A stretch of DNA of 64,000 nt, from the NCBI GenBank assembly GCA_003697105.1, contig RFFQ01000173.1, positions 1,976 to 65,975 on the forward strand, read 5' to 3'. The notes beneath the pieces were generated by a model. That model had not been told where the DNA came from, made no database searches, and was given only the letters and a program-made list of their open reading frames with translations. Source of the stretch: Gemmatimonadota bacterium (GTDB lineage Bacteria > 4572-55 > J002). A program made the position numbers and the translations under genes. Shown here piece by piece: positions 1 to 10,227 of the stretch (positions are counted from its first letter, which is position 1; each line of letters starts with the position of its first letter).

Positions 1-1
1 A

Positions 2-1150
2 CTTTACCCAGAGGGAATTCCGATTTACGATGAAGCTGATCTATTATCTCTAATTAAAGAACATCAGATTGATGAAGTTGTTTTTTCATATAGTGATGTC
101 TCTTATCAGTATGTGATGAGTCACGCTGCCGCGGTTATGGCGGCTGGCGCAAATTTTAGATTGCTTGGGTGTAAAGATACGATGATCAAGAGTAACAAAC
201 CGGTGATTGCGATTACGGCAGTGCGTACAGGTGCCGGAAAGAGCCAAACCACGCGCCGAGTGAGTGAAATTTTGAAGGAAAAAGGAAAAACGCTGGTGGC
301 TGTCCGGCATCCAATGCCTTATGGCGATCTTGCCGCACAAAAAGTACAACGTTTTGCCACACATGAGGACTTAGATACGCATGAATGTACAATCGAAGAG
401 CGGGAAGAGTACGAACCTCATTTAGATCGAGGCACAATTGTTTATGCTGGCGTAGATTACGCCGCGATCCTTGCTCAAGCGGAACAAGAAGCCGATGTGA
501 TTCTGTGGGATGGCGGAAATAATGACCTTCCATTTTATAAACCGGATTTATGGATCACGATTGCGGACCCGCACCGCCCCGGTGATGAAACATCCTATTT
601 CCCCGGTGAAAGCAACGTTCGTGGGGCAGATGTTGTGGTGCTGAATAAAATTGAAACGGCTTACCCAGAAAATGTGAAAGTTGTTCGGGATGCGGTTATG
701 AACCTCAATCCTGAAGCCACAATTATCGAAGCCGCCTCTCCCTTGACCGTTGAGGAGCCCGAACTGATCCGGGGTAAACGCGTTCTCGTGGTTGAAGATG
801 GACCCACGCTGACGCATGGTAATATGAAATATGGGGCAGGAGTTGAAGCCGCTAAAAAATATGGTGCCGCCGAATTGGTCGACCCACGCCCGTTTACGGT
901 CAAGTCGATTACGGAAACCTATGAAAAATATCCAGACATTGGGACACTTCTTCCCGCAATGGGATACGGTAAACATCAGATGAAAGATTTAGAAAAAACC
1001 ATTGATAAAACGGATTGTGATACGGTGGTTATCGGTACTCCCATCGATCTGGCAAAATTAATCAAAATTAAAAAGCCTTGTGTACGGGTTCGTTATGACC
1101 TTCAGGAAATTGGAACGCCTACTTTGGATGATGTTTTGAAAGATTTCTAA
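2..1150 (+). CDS. Cyclic 2,3-diphosphoglycerate synthetase-like P-loop protein (COG2403 family; candidate arginine synthetase ArcE type), 5'-truncated by the window edge
   Basis: Frame is open from position 2 (LYPEGIPIYDEADL...VFSYSDV), upstream of the ORF-track start at 113. Motifs AVRTGAGKSQT (P-loop), RHPMPYG, TIEEREEYE, WDGGNND, EDGPTLTHG. Confidence 0.8.
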   Translation, partial: LYPEGIPIYDEADLLSLIKEHQIDEVVFSYSDVSYQYVMSHAAAVMAAGANFRLLGCKDTMIKSNKPVIAITAVRTGAGKSQTTRRVSEILKEKGKTLVAVRHPMPYGDLAAQKVQRFATHEDLDTHECTIEEREEYEPHLDRGTIVYAGVDYAAILAQAEQEADVILWDGGNNDLPFYKPDLWITIADPHRPGDETSYFPGESNVRGADVVVLNKIETAYPENVKVVRDAVMNLNPEATIIEAASPLTVEEPELIRGKRVLVVEDGPTLTHGNMKYGAGVEAAKKYGAAELVDPRPFTVKSITETYEKYPDIGTLLPAMGYGKHQMKDLEKTIDKTDCDTVVIGTPIDLAKLIKIKKPCVRVRYDLQEIGTPTLDDVLKDF

Positions 1151-1159
1151 ATCGACCTG

Positions 1160-1206
1160 GGGGTAGCCTTCTGTGATCTTACTAAAGAAGGTTACCCCTT
1201 TTCTTT
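1160..1206 (+). terminator. Intrinsic terminator
   Basis: GGGGTAGCCTTCT pairs with AGAAGGTTACCCC (one G-U), followed by TTTTCTTT, just after the stop at 1150. Confidence 0.75.
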
Positions 1207-1274
1207 AGCACGCTTTTTGCGAAGAGTATTCCCCAGTCTTTAACTCTGAATTGACCCCATAAAGGAAGTATCAA

Positions 1275-2285
1275 ATGTGGCGTAAATTAATTGCCCTAAT
1301 CCTAACAATCAGTTTGGTTTCCATGTTTGCCAGCGGCTGTGGAACCTCGGGTAACAATCAAAACATTCAGGAAATTGTGCTGTATACCTCGGTCGATGAG
1401 GAGACCATCGCTTCTATTACGGAGGCGTTTGAGACGCTTAACCCAGATATTCATGTTCGTTATTTCCGGTTAGGTACCAGTAAGATTATTGCCAAATTGA
1501 ATTCAGAAGTTAAAGCGGGCGCGCTTCAGGCGGATTTGGTCTGGACGGCTGAACCGGCATATTTTGAAGAGTTGAAGCGCGCTAATTTGTTGGCAAAATA
1601 TTTGTCACCTGCGGCAAGTGCCATTCCGAAAGCGTTTGTGGATAAGGATGGATATTATATCGGTGCACGGGTTCTCTCCATGGGTATTGTTTACAATACC
1701 CGTGACGTTGCTCCAGCAGATGCCCCCACCGATTGGACCGATTTAATTGACCCGAAATGGCATGAGCAAGTTGCACATCCAAACCCGTTATATTCCGGTG
1801 CCGCGACCGCAACCGCGGTCAGTTTGACCTCACTTTTTGGCTGGGATTACTATCGTAAACTGCGGGGGAACGGCGCTGTTATCGTCAAAAGTAATTCGAC
1901 GGTCGTCCAAAAAGTTGCGAGTGGTGAATATAAATTAGGAATTTGTCTGGATTATCTGGCACGAAAAATGGAAGTGAAAGGAAGCCCCGTCAAGTTTATT
2001 TATCCAAAAAGCGGTGCCATTTCGTGGGCAAGCCCAATTGCCATATTTAAAGATACCGATGAATTAGAAGCGGCTCAACGATTTGTAGATTATGTTATTT
2101 CTCCGGCCGGGCAAAAATTTTTGACCGCGCGTCAAATTATTTCGGTGAACCCTGCCGTTGCGCCACCAGAGGGTGCACCCGAAATGCAAGCCACAATTGA
2201 AGCCTCACTACCCATCAATTGGAAGCGGTTGATCAACGAACGTGATGATGTTTTACAAGAATTCACCCATGTTATGTTGGAATAA
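1275..2285 (+). CDS. ABC transporter substrate-binding lipoprotein, Fe3+/thiamine (AfuA/FbpA-like) family
   Basis: Lipobox (FASGC), LYTS start, GIVYNT, PTDWTDL, AAQRFVDY motifs; followed by permease and ATPase genes. Confidence 0.85.
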   Translation: MWRKLIALILTISLVSMFASGCGTSGNNQNIQEIVLYTSVDEETIASITEAFETLNPDIHVRYFRLGTSKIIAKLNSEVKAGALQADLVWTAEPAYFEELKRANLLAKYLSPAASAIPKAFVDKDGYYIGARVLSMGIVYNTRDVAPADAPTDWTDLIDPKWHEQVAHPNPLYSGAATATAVSLTSLFGWDYYRKLRGNGAVIVKSNSTVVQKVASGEYKLGICLDYLARKMEVKGSPVKFIYPKSGAISWASPIAIFKDTDELEAAQRFVDYVISPAGQKFLTARQIISVNPAVAPPEGAPEMQATIEASLPINWKRLINERDDVLQEFTHVMLE

Positions 2286-2309
2286 TCCTCCTGGTTTATG
2301 ACGTAACGA

Positions 2310-3992
2310 GTGACACGAATGAAGAATTTTCGCCTTGAATATGGTATCATGGGGTCTGCCGTGGTGTTGTTACTGGGAATCACGGCGTTTCCGATGTCAC
2401 TTGTGTTCATCCAAAGCCTGTTTACCGAATATGGTGTCTTCACGCTCGATTATATGCACGCGGTCTTTACCGATCCCAGTAATTTTGAAGCCTTCCGCAA
2501 TACACTCACCATTGCTTTTTTAACGGTTATTTTTACGATATTGATCGCCACACCGCTCGCGTGGTTGGTTGTCCGCACAGACCTTCCTTTCCGAAATACG
2601 TTCCGCACCCTGTTTTTAGTACCGTACATGATCCCTCCTTTTATTGGCGCCATCGCCTGGGGCTTTCTGCTGGCGCCGCGAACCGGTTATTTTAATCAAT
2701 GGTTTATGACCCTTTTTGATACGAAAGAGCCTTTATTCAATATTTATTCGTATTGGGGGATTGTTTTGGTGCTGACGTTTCATCTGTTTGCAGATGTCTT
2801 TATCATTGTTGCCGGTGCGTTAGAACGGATGGACCCTACGTTGGAAGAAGCGGCACGAAGCTCTGGTGCCGGTATTTTCCGAGTCATGCGAGAAATCACC
2901 ATCCCGTTGGTTTCGCCCAGTATCGGAGCAGGTGCGGTACTGGTCTTTATCACATCTGCCGCCAATTTTGGTATCCCAGCTTTGATTGGAATGGAAGGAC
3001 GTGTATTTGTTTTGACAACCCGGATTGTTTATTACATCGAAAAAGGTGGCTTTACCGGTATTCAGGAAGCGACAAGTCTTTCGGTACTTTTGGTTTTAAC
3101 GGCATCGATTGCCCTATTTATTAATCGCTGGTATCTGGGAAAGCGAAACTATTCCATTATTGCCGGTAAAAGCACCACTCCCATGCAAACCAAATTGGGT
3201 AAATTTCGGATTCCGCTCTTTTTGCTCTGTTCTGCTTTTGTGCTTATCACGGTTGTTGCACCGATTACCGTGATCTTTATGATTTCACTGTTGAAAGCAT
3301 TCGGGATTAAGTTCGCTTTGGGTAATTTGACACTTGCGAATTATGAGTGGATTTTATTTAAATCGGCGTACACGAAAGCATCAATTTTTAATAGTTTTGT
3401 GTTGGCGTCTTCTGCGGCAACGATTCTGGTGTTGATCGGCTCTGTTATCGCTTATATTTTGGTTAAAACCAACGTCAAAGGCAGACAATTCCTTGATTTT
3501 CTGGCGAATTTACCCTATTCTATTCCGGGAACCGTTGTTGCGATTGCCATGATCTTAGCCTTTTCCGGAAAATACGGTATTGCCATTTATAACACCGCCT
3601 GGATTCTGCTGGTGGCATATGTTGTGCGTTATATGGGCTTTGCGGTTAAAGCATTAACTGCCTCCCTAGAGCAGGTTCATGGATCATTGGAGGAAGCCGC
3701 CCGGATTTCCGGAGCGTCTTGGTTACAGACATTTCGCACCGTGATTCTCCCCTTAGTCCGGCCCGGAATTATTGCCGCCTGGTTCTTAACCTTTATGCCC
3801 ATTTTGCGAGAACTAACCATGTCGATTTTGCTTTACGGACCCAATACCCGTACCATTGGGGTTGCCATTTTTGAGCTTCAAGATGGTGGAAATTATTGCA
3901 CCTCAGCCGCGTTAGCCAGTTTAGTTTTGATGCTCATTATTGGTGGCAAAGTCATTATCAACCGGTTGTCCGGTGGAAAATTTAATATTTAG
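2310..3992 (+). CDS. ABC transporter permease, FbpB-like, with two fused permease halves
   Basis: Highly hydrophobic; two EAA loops (LEEAARSSGA, LEEAARISGA). Confidence 0.9.
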   Translation: MTRMKNFRLEYGIMGSAVVLLLGITAFPMSLVFIQSLFTEYGVFTLDYMHAVFTDPSNFEAFRNTLTIAFLTVIFTILIATPLAWLVVRTDLPFRNTFRTLFLVPYMIPPFIGAIAWGFLLAPRTGYFNQWFMTLFDTKEPLFNIYSYWGIVLVLTFHLFADVFIIVAGALERMDPTLEEAARSSGAGIFRVMREITIPLVSPSIGAGAVLVFITSAANFGIPALIGMEGRVFVLTTRIVYYIEKGGFTGIQEATSLSVLLVLTASIALFINRWYLGKRNYSIIAGKSTTPMQTKLGKFRIPLFLLCSAFVLITVVAPITVIFMISLLKAFGIKFALGNLTLANYEWILFKSAYTKASIFNSFVLASSAATILVLIGSVIAYILVKTNVKGRQFLDFLANLPYSIPGTVVAIAMILAFSGKYGIAIYNTAWILLVAYVVRYMGFAVKALTASLEQVHGSLEEAARISGASWLQTFRTVILPLVRPGIIAAWFLTFMPILRELTMSILLYGPNTRTIGVAIFELQDGGNYCTSAALASLVLMLIIGGKVIINRLSGGKFNI

Positions 3993-3999
3993 GGGTTGA

Positions 4000-5052
4000 G
4001 TGATGTCTCAGGTGATATTTGAACATGTCTATAAATCATTTGATGGAAATACCTATGCGGTCAACGATATGCATGTGCAGATTGAGGATGGTGAATTTGT
4101 CTCCTTTCTGGGACCCTCTGGCTGTGGGAAAACAACCTCTCTTCGGATGATTGCCGGGTTTATGAACCCCACAAAAGGTAAAATCTACATTGGTGACCGG
4201 GTGGTGTCAGACCCAGAGCACGGTACTCTTTTACCCCCAGAAACGCGACGTATCGGTATGGTATTTCAATCGTATGCCGTTTGGCCGCACATGAATGTCT
4301 TTAAAAATGTTGCTTATCCCCTGAAGATTCAAAAAGTAAGTCGGACAGACATCCAAAAGCGCGTGAGACTTGCCCTCGAAATGGTACATTTGGAGGGTAT
4401 GGAAACGCGTTTCCCCCACCAACTCTCCGGTGGACAACAACAACGGGTTGCCCTTGCGCGTGCTCTCGTAATGGAACCGGAAGTGCTGCTCCTCGATGAA
4501 CCGTTGAGTAATCTGGATGCTAAACTCCGAGAAAAAATGCGGTTTGAAATCAAAGAATTACAGAGCCGAATCCATGTGACGGTCATCTATGTCACCCACG
4601 ATCAGGCTGAAGCTATGGCAATGTCCGACCGAATTGTGGTGATGAACAAAGGCGTAACGCATCAAATTGGCTCGCCACGCCAAATATACGAAACACCGGC
4701 AGATGATTTTGTGGCAGGGTTTATCGGCTTAACCAATTTTATGAAATGTGAAATCATCGATCAACATAGAGTTCGCTTGCCCAATGGGGCGGAAATTGAG
4801 CCGGCGGTTGCCACAGACCAACAAGGGGAAGCGCTACTTTCAGTCCGTCCTGAAAAAATCTATTTGGTCAAGAACGGGGGTGACTTGCAAGGTACTGTCA
4901 AGCGCCGCACATATCTAGGTAATGTCCTGGATTATTTGGTTGATGTGGATGGTACCGATATTCGAGTGAGTAGCGAACCGCACATCATTTTTAATGAAGG
5001 TGATACGGTCGGTCTAGACATTAAACGGTGTGTGGTGTTCAATATGAAATAA
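4000..5052 (+). CDS. ABC transporter ATP-binding protein (FbpC/PotA-like, TOBE domain)
   Basis: Walker A GPSGCGKT, signature LSGGQQQR, Walker B LLLDEP, H-loop VTHD. Confidence 0.95.
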   Translation: MMSQVIFEHVYKSFDGNTYAVNDMHVQIEDGEFVSFLGPSGCGKTTSLRMIAGFMNPTKGKIYIGDRVVSDPEHGTLLPPETRRIGMVFQSYAVWPHMNVFKNVAYPLKIQKVSRTDIQKRVRLALEMVHLEGMETRFPHQLSGGQQQRVALARALVMEPEVLLLDEPLSNLDAKLREKMRFEIKELQSRIHVTVIYVTHDQAEAMAMSDRIVVMNKGVTHQIGSPRQIYETPADDFVAGFIGLTNFMKCEIIDQHRVRLPNGAEIEPAVATDQQGEALLSVRPEKIYLVKNGGDLQGTVKRRTYLGNVLDYLVDVDGTDIRVSSEPHIIFNEGDTVGLDIKRCVVFNMK

Positions 5053-5110
5053 CACGCTCCTTCCTATTCTTTCCTTCTTCATTACCCATCTTCTAACTTC
5101 CTTCTTTTAA

Positions 5111-6157
5111 ATGAATCTGACGAAAATCGACCTGTTTCGGTATTCAATCCCGTTTATACGTCCGTTGCAACTTCTCGGAACATGCCATACCCACCGTACG
5201 GGCTTGATCTTACAGATATGGGATGATGCCAATCAGTGGGGATGGGGGGAAATCGCACCATTTCCCGGTTTGCATCCGGAAACACTGGCTGAGGCCCAAA
5301 ACCAACTCATAAAATGGATGCAAGCACCGGATAATACAGAAGATAGCGCCTTGTATCCAACGGTACGGTTCGGAGTAGAAAGCGCCCGATGGCACCTGAA
5401 TGCCCGCCGGCACGGTACATCTATGGCTCGGTGGATTCAACCGGATGCTTCATCCCGTATCTATATCAATGGGCTAATTACACTCTCTGATGATATTGAA
5501 CCCAAAGTAAGCGATTTATTATCTGCCGGTTACCGTTCCATTAAAATGAAAGTCGGGCAACTCCCGCTTCAGGAGGACATTGCCCGGGTAAAACAGGTTG
5601 GCCTCTGCTTACAAGGACGGGCGACCCTCCGGCTAGATGCCAATCGAGCGTGGACATTTGACCAAGCAATTGAATTTATGCGCGGGATTGACCCCGTTCC
5701 GGTGGAATATATCGAAGAACCGCTGATCGACCCCACTTTATTACCAAAATTTGCCAAAAAGACTGCTGTTCCCGTTGCACTCGATGAAAGTCTGTTGAAC
5801 ATAACTAGCTTGAATGACATCCCTTATTTAGATACGGCTGCGGTGATCATTATCAAACCGAGTGTGGTCGGTGGAATTGCTAAAACCCTTGATTTTTTTC
5901 GCATCGCGCGGGATCGGGGAATACAGGTCGTTATCAGCAGTGCGTTCCATACCAGTGTGGGTCTAGCGGCGGAAGCAAACCTTGCCGCTTGCCTGCAAAC
6001 GAACATCCCGATGGGGTTGGATACCTCCAAATGGTTGCAAACGGATGTTTTACTGGCACGGTTTATATCCAATCAAGGTTGTCTTGATCTGGCGAATATC
6101 AATTGTTATAATCTTTTGAATTTGGACGTATTAGAGGAGATTTCGTGCCGAAACTAG
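5111..6157 (+). CDS. menC: o-succinylbenzoate synthase
   Basis: Enolase-superfamily motifs GEIAPFPG, KMKVG, RLDAN, YIEEP, ALDES, IIKP. Confidence 0.85.
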   Translation: MNLTKIDLFRYSIPFIRPLQLLGTCHTHRTGLILQIWDDANQWGWGEIAPFPGLHPETLAEAQNQLIKWMQAPDNTEDSALYPTVRFGVESARWHLNARRHGTSMARWIQPDASSRIYINGLITLSDDIEPKVSDLLSAGYRSIKMKVGQLPLQEDIARVKQVGLCLQGRATLRLDANRAWTFDQAIEFMRGIDPVPVEYIEEPLIDPTLLPKFAKKTAVPVALDESLLNITSLNDIPYLDTAAVIIIKPSVVGGIAKTLDFFRIARDRGIQVVISSAFHTSVGLAAEANLAACLQTNIPMGLDTSKWLQTDVLLARFISNQGCLDLANINCYNLLNLDVLEEISCRN

Positions 6158-6945
6158 CTGTTATCGGTGACCCCATTGAACACAGCTTGAGTCCAGTCAT
6201 GTTCAATGCGGCATTTCAGGTATTAGGATGGCTGGATTGGACGTACGAAAAAATTCAGGTGAAACCCTCTGAATTAAAATCACTGTTACCTAAATTAAAA
6301 TCAGAGGGTTATATCGGATTAAACGTCACGATCCCCCACAAACAAGCCATGTTGAACTTCTTTGAACCGGATACCCCAGCCCGGGCAATCGGCGGGATCA
6401 ATGCGGTTGATCTTCGTACCCATACCGGCACCAACACCGATTGGGTCGGGCTTATAGATGACTTACGTGCCCATTCCATCAAATTAAAAGGACAACGCAT
6501 CCTCATTGTGGGGGCGGGCGGTGCCGCACGGGCGGCAATTTATGGATTGTACCAGACCGGTGCTCATATCAGCGTTTTTAACCGTACCCCGGAACGTCTG
6601 AATGCTGTGATCCATGATTTTCCATTCATTACTCCCGAAACATCTTTAAACAGCTTACAGAATTATCAAGTGATTCTCAATTGTACACCGGTGGGAATGT
6701 ACCCCCATGTGGATGAATCCCCCATTCCTCCCCCATTCAGAATCCCGAAATCAACTGTGGTGTATGACCTGATCTATCGACCCCGCCAAACCAAACTGAT
6801 GCGCCTCGCTGCCGCTCAAGGATGCCGCGTGATTGGCGGCTTCGGGATGCTGATCCGCCAAGGTGCCGCCGCATTTGAGTGGTGGACAGGACAACCGGCG
6901 CCGTTGGAAGTCATGCGCATGGCAGTGGAGAAGGAGTTGGCATGA
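6145..6945 (+). CDS. aroE: Shikimate dehydrogenase
   Basis: GDPIEHSLSP, GLNVTIPHK, NTD, GAGGAARA, DLIYRP, MLIRQG. Confidence 0.95.
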   Translation: MPKLAVIGDPIEHSLSPVMFNAAFQVLGWLDWTYEKIQVKPSELKSLLPKLKSEGYIGLNVTIPHKQAMLNFFEPDTPARAIGGINAVDLRTHTGTNTDWVGLIDDLRAHSIKLKGQRILIVGAGGAARAAIYGLYQTGAHISVFNRTPERLNAVIHDFPFITPETSLNSLQNYQVILNCTPVGMYPHVDESPIPPPFRIPKSTVVYDLIYRPRQTKLMRLAAAQGCRVIGGFGMLIRQGAAAFEWWTGQPAPLEVMRMAVEKELA

Positions 6946-8114
6946 TTCGATTTTTGACTGCCGGAGAGAGCCACGGACCTGAACTGACCGCGATTGTTGA
7001 AGGCATTCCGGCGGGATTGCCACTCGATGTCAGCGCGATTAATCAGGAGTTAGCCCGCCGGCAAAAGGGATACGGTAGTGGTGGACGAATGCGTATTGAA
7101 CACGATACCGTACGGATTTCTGCTGGAGCGATGGGCGGCAAAACGACCGGCGCACCCCTCGCGTTGCACATCCCAAATCGAGATTTTAAGAACTGGCACG
7201 ATAAAGAAATTCCCCCGATGACCATTCCCCGTCCGGGGCATGCGGATTTAACCGGCGCTATCAAGTATGGATATACCGATTTACGGTTAGCGTTAGAGCG
7301 AGCCAGTGCCCGAGAAACCGCTTTACGAGTAGCTGTGGGCGCCATCACCAAACAATTTTTAGCCCAATTGGGGATACAGACCGGGGGTTATGTTGTGCAA
7401 ATTGGGCGCGTAACGGCGGGGATGGACCCCAACCTGCCGTTTACCAACCGGTTTCATCTAGCGGAAAAAAATACAGTACGTTGCCCCGATGAATCTGTGG
7501 TCAAAGCGATGGAAAATGAAATCCGAGCGGTAAAAAAAGCGGGGGATACCGTGGGTGGAATCATCGAGGTTGTAGCGCTGAACGTACCACCGGGCATCGG
7601 CAGTTATGTTCAGTGGGATCGCCGGTTGGAAGGCATGATCGCGCAAGCTATGTTGAGTATTCCGGCAATGAAAGGTGTGGAAATTGGTCCCGGCTTTGAA
7701 AATGCCGGTAAATGGGGCAGTGATGTCCATGACGCAATCCTGTTGAAGCCCAACCAACATTTGGGACGAAAAACCAATCGCGCCGGTGGAGTTGAAGGTG
7801 GAATTTCTACTGGAGAGCCGCTTCTCGTGCGGGTTGCCATGAAACCCATTGCGACGGTTCTCAAAGGGTTCGATTCGGTCGATTTAGCCACCGGACTACC
7901 CGCAAAAACCGTTTATGAACGGAGTGATTTTTGTGCCGTACCCCGGGCCGTACCCATTGTAGAAGCCATGCTTGCCATCGTGCTAACAAACGCTCTCCTC
8001 GAAAAACTCGGCGGGGATAGCATGGCGGAAATAAAGCCCCGTTTTGAAGCCCTACGGCGGGCATACGTGCCCGATTTGCCAATGGATAATGTCCCTTGGA
8101 GATTTGACTATTGA
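6942..8114 (+). CDS. aroC: Chorismate synthase
   Basis: MIRFLTAGESHG start at ATG 6942 (ATGA overlap with the aroE stop, AAGGAG RBS); RPGHAD, ERASARET, MKPI, ERSD. Confidence 0.97.
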   Translation: MIRFLTAGESHGPELTAIVEGIPAGLPLDVSAINQELARRQKGYGSGGRMRIEHDTVRISAGAMGGKTTGAPLALHIPNRDFKNWHDKEIPPMTIPRPGHADLTGAIKYGYTDLRLALERASARETALRVAVGAITKQFLAQLGIQTGGYVVQIGRVTAGMDPNLPFTNRFHLAEKNTVRCPDESVVKAMENEIRAVKKAGDTVGGIIEVVALNVPPGIGSYVQWDRRLEGMIAQAMLSIPAMKGVEIGPGFENAGKWGSDVHDAILLKPNQHLGRKTNRAGGVEGGISTGEPLLVRVAMKPIATVLKGFDSVDLATGLPAKTVYERSDFCAVPRAVPIVEAMLAIVLTNALLEKLGGDSMAEIKPRFEALRRAYVPDLPMDNVPWRFDY

Positions 8115-8605
8115 ATAATATCATTCTGACCGGATTTATGGGCACGGGCAAAACCACGGTGGGTAAGCTCGTCGCGAAAATGCTACAATGGTCGTTTATC
8201 GATTTGGATCATGCGATTGAACAACAGCGCGGAATGACCATCCACCAGATTTTTGAGCGATATGGCGAAGCCGCTTTTCGTTCCGCTGAAAACCGGTTTT
8301 GCCAATACCTCCTTCACTGTTCCCAAACGGTGATCGCCACTGGCGGAGGCACCATCCTCGATCCAGAAAACCGGTGCAATTTAGAAAAAACCGGTCTGTT
8401 GATCGCTCTCTTTGCCGACCCTTCCGAGATCGCGCGACGGCTACCAACCGCATCCGGTCGCCCGCTGTTTCAGGGGGACTGGCAAAAATTGTATGCGGAA
8501 CGGTTGCCAGTGTACCGTGACCTCGCGCATCAAATTGAAACCACCGGAAAAACACCTGCCCGTGTAGCACAGGAGGTTATCACGCTGTGGCAACACTTCC
8601 GGTAA
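8111..8605 (+). CDS. aroK: Shikimate kinase
   Basis: GFMGTGKTTVG, DLD, GEAAFR, ATGGG, RPL. Confidence 0.95.
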   Translation: MNNIILTGFMGTGKTTVGKLVAKMLQWSFIDLDHAIEQQRGMTIHQIFERYGEAAFRSAENRFCQYLLHCSQTVIATGGGTILDPENRCNLEKTGLLIALFADPSEIARRLPTASGRPLFQGDWQKLYAERLPVYRDLAHQIETTGKTPARVAQEVITLWQHFR

Positions 8606-9648
8606 AAACACCAACCGGTAGGTATGAGATTATCATCCAGCGAGGCATTTTGGATGATATTTCGGCACAAGTGGACATCACGTGCCCTCATGTTGTGGTC
8701 ACCAATACGACCCTTGCCGGCTTGTACCAAACAAAACTAAAGACGGCATTACCGCAGGCAACATGGGTCGTTCTGCCGGATGGTGAACGCTACAAAACAC
8801 TTGATACGCTCCGTTCCGTATATCCCCAATTTTTAGCCGCCGGGTTAGACCGCTCCGGTGTGGTGATTGCCTTTGGTGGTGGTGTTATTATTGATTTGGC
8901 GGGTTTCGCGGCGGCGACATTCATGCGGGGAGTGCGGTTTGTGCCAGTCCCGACCAGTTTGCTGGCGATGGTTGATGCGAGTGTCGGGGGTAAAGTGGGT
9001 GTGGATTTACCGGAAGGTAAAAATTTGGTCGGGGCGTTCAAACAGCCGGAACGGGTGCTGATCGACCCCAACGTCCTACAAACTTTACCGGAAGCGGAGT
9101 ATCAAAACGGTATGGCTGAGGTGATCAAGCATCATTTAATTGCCAATTTTGGCGTGCCGCTTTCTGTATTTATGCAAGATTTAGAGCAGGCGATTGCTCA
9201 AGCAGTACAGGTTAAAGTGAACATTGTTGAGCAAGACCCCTTTGAGCGTGGCATCCGAATGTACCTCAATTTAGGGCATACCTTTGCTCATGCCATTGAG
9301 CAGGTTAGCCAGTACCGGATTCCACATGGTCGAGCGGTTGGAGTGGGTTTACGTTTAGCGGCGGAGTTGTCATTCCAGGAAGGATGGTGTCACCGGAATC
9401 TAGTTGATCAGGTGACTGGCTGGGTGCGAGACGCCGGATTGCCGACCCACTTGAACGGGCTTGACGCTCATCACCTTTATGCGGCGATGTTCCGGGACAA
9501 AAAGAAAACCGCAAACACTTTACGCTTTGTTTTGTTAAAGGATATTGGACAACCTGTTATTGTAGAAGGTGTTGATAAATCTAGTGTTATTCAGGTATGG
9601 GAGACCTTGCATGACGCGGCTGTTAGTTCTACACGGACCAAACCTTAA
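8587..9648 (+). CDS. aroB: 3-dehydroquinate synthase
   Basis: GGGVIIDLAGF, PTSLLAMVDASVGGK, KNLVGAF, LNLGHTFAHAIE, HG. Confidence 0.96.
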   Translation: MATLPVKTPTGRYEIIIQRGILDDISAQVDITCPHVVVTNTTLAGLYQTKLKTALPQATWVVLPDGERYKTLDTLRSVYPQFLAAGLDRSGVVIAFGGGVIIDLAGFAAATFMRGVRFVPVPTSLLAMVDASVGGKVGVDLPEGKNLVGAFKQPERVLIDPNVLQTLPEAEYQNGMAEVIKHHLIANFGVPLSVFMQDLEQAIAQAVQVKVNIVEQDPFERGIRMYLNLGHTFAHAIEQVSQYRIPHGRAVGVGLRLAAELSFQEGWCHRNLVDQVTGWVRDAGLPTHLNGLDAHHLYAAMFRDKKKTANTLRFVLLKDIGQPVIVEGVDKSSVIQVWETLHDAAVSSTRTKP

Positions 9649-10051
9649 TCGATTGGGTTTACGTGAAACCGATATTTACGGAACGCTGACTCTTGATCAG
9701 ATTAATGATCGTCTCCGGCAGTATGCGGCGGCGAAAGGGATTTCGGTTCATCCCGTTCAATCGAACCATGAAGGCGAATTAATCGATCAACTGCATCATG
9801 CCCAGACAACTTATCAAGGTGTGGTGTTCAATCCGGCGGGTTACACGCACACGTCGGTAGCCTTGCGGGATGCCGTCGCGGCCATTGACTTACCGGTAGT
9901 TGAAGTACATTTGTCAAACATTTCTGGGCGGGAGGATTTCCGGCGCGTTTCGCTGATTGCGCCTGTCTGTGCGGGTCAAATCAGCGGGTTTGGCTGGCGG
10001 AGCTATCTACTGGGTATTGAGGCGGTGTTGGGATGTCTTCATGAGGGGTGA
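9611..10051 (+). CDS. aroQ: Type II 3-dehydroquinate dehydratase
   Basis: HGPNLNRLGLRE, QSNHEG, NPAGYTHTS, EVHLSN; ATG at 9611. Confidence 0.96.
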   Translation: MTRLLVLHGPNLNRLGLRETDIYGTLTLDQINDRLRQYAAAKGISVHPVQSNHEGELIDQLHHAQTTYQGVVFNPAGYTHTSVALRDAVAAIDLPVVEVHLSNISGREDFRRVSLIAPVCAGQISGFGWRSYLLGIEAVLGCLHEG

Positions 10052-10227
10052 GGTGCTCCGTAATCTTCGAGCCGTTTTTTGACCTTGCTCACATTCTTGG
10101 CATCGATCAGAATGTGATAGTTTTCTGCTTTTAGCTCCCATTTTTTCAGTATTTTATCTTTGGCGATGATTTGCAACAACTCGCGGCTCGTTTTCTCAGG
10201 GATAGGGCGGGGCTTACGGTATTTCAA
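10039..10227 (-). pseudogene. Probable C-terminal gene remnant (Lys-rich, 62 aa)
   Basis: Protein-like segment ELLQIIAKDKILKKWELKAENYHILIDAKNVSKVKKRLEDYG squeezed between, and overlapping, the 3' ends of aroQ and the cytochrome c gene; no convincing start or RBS. Confidence 0.35.
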
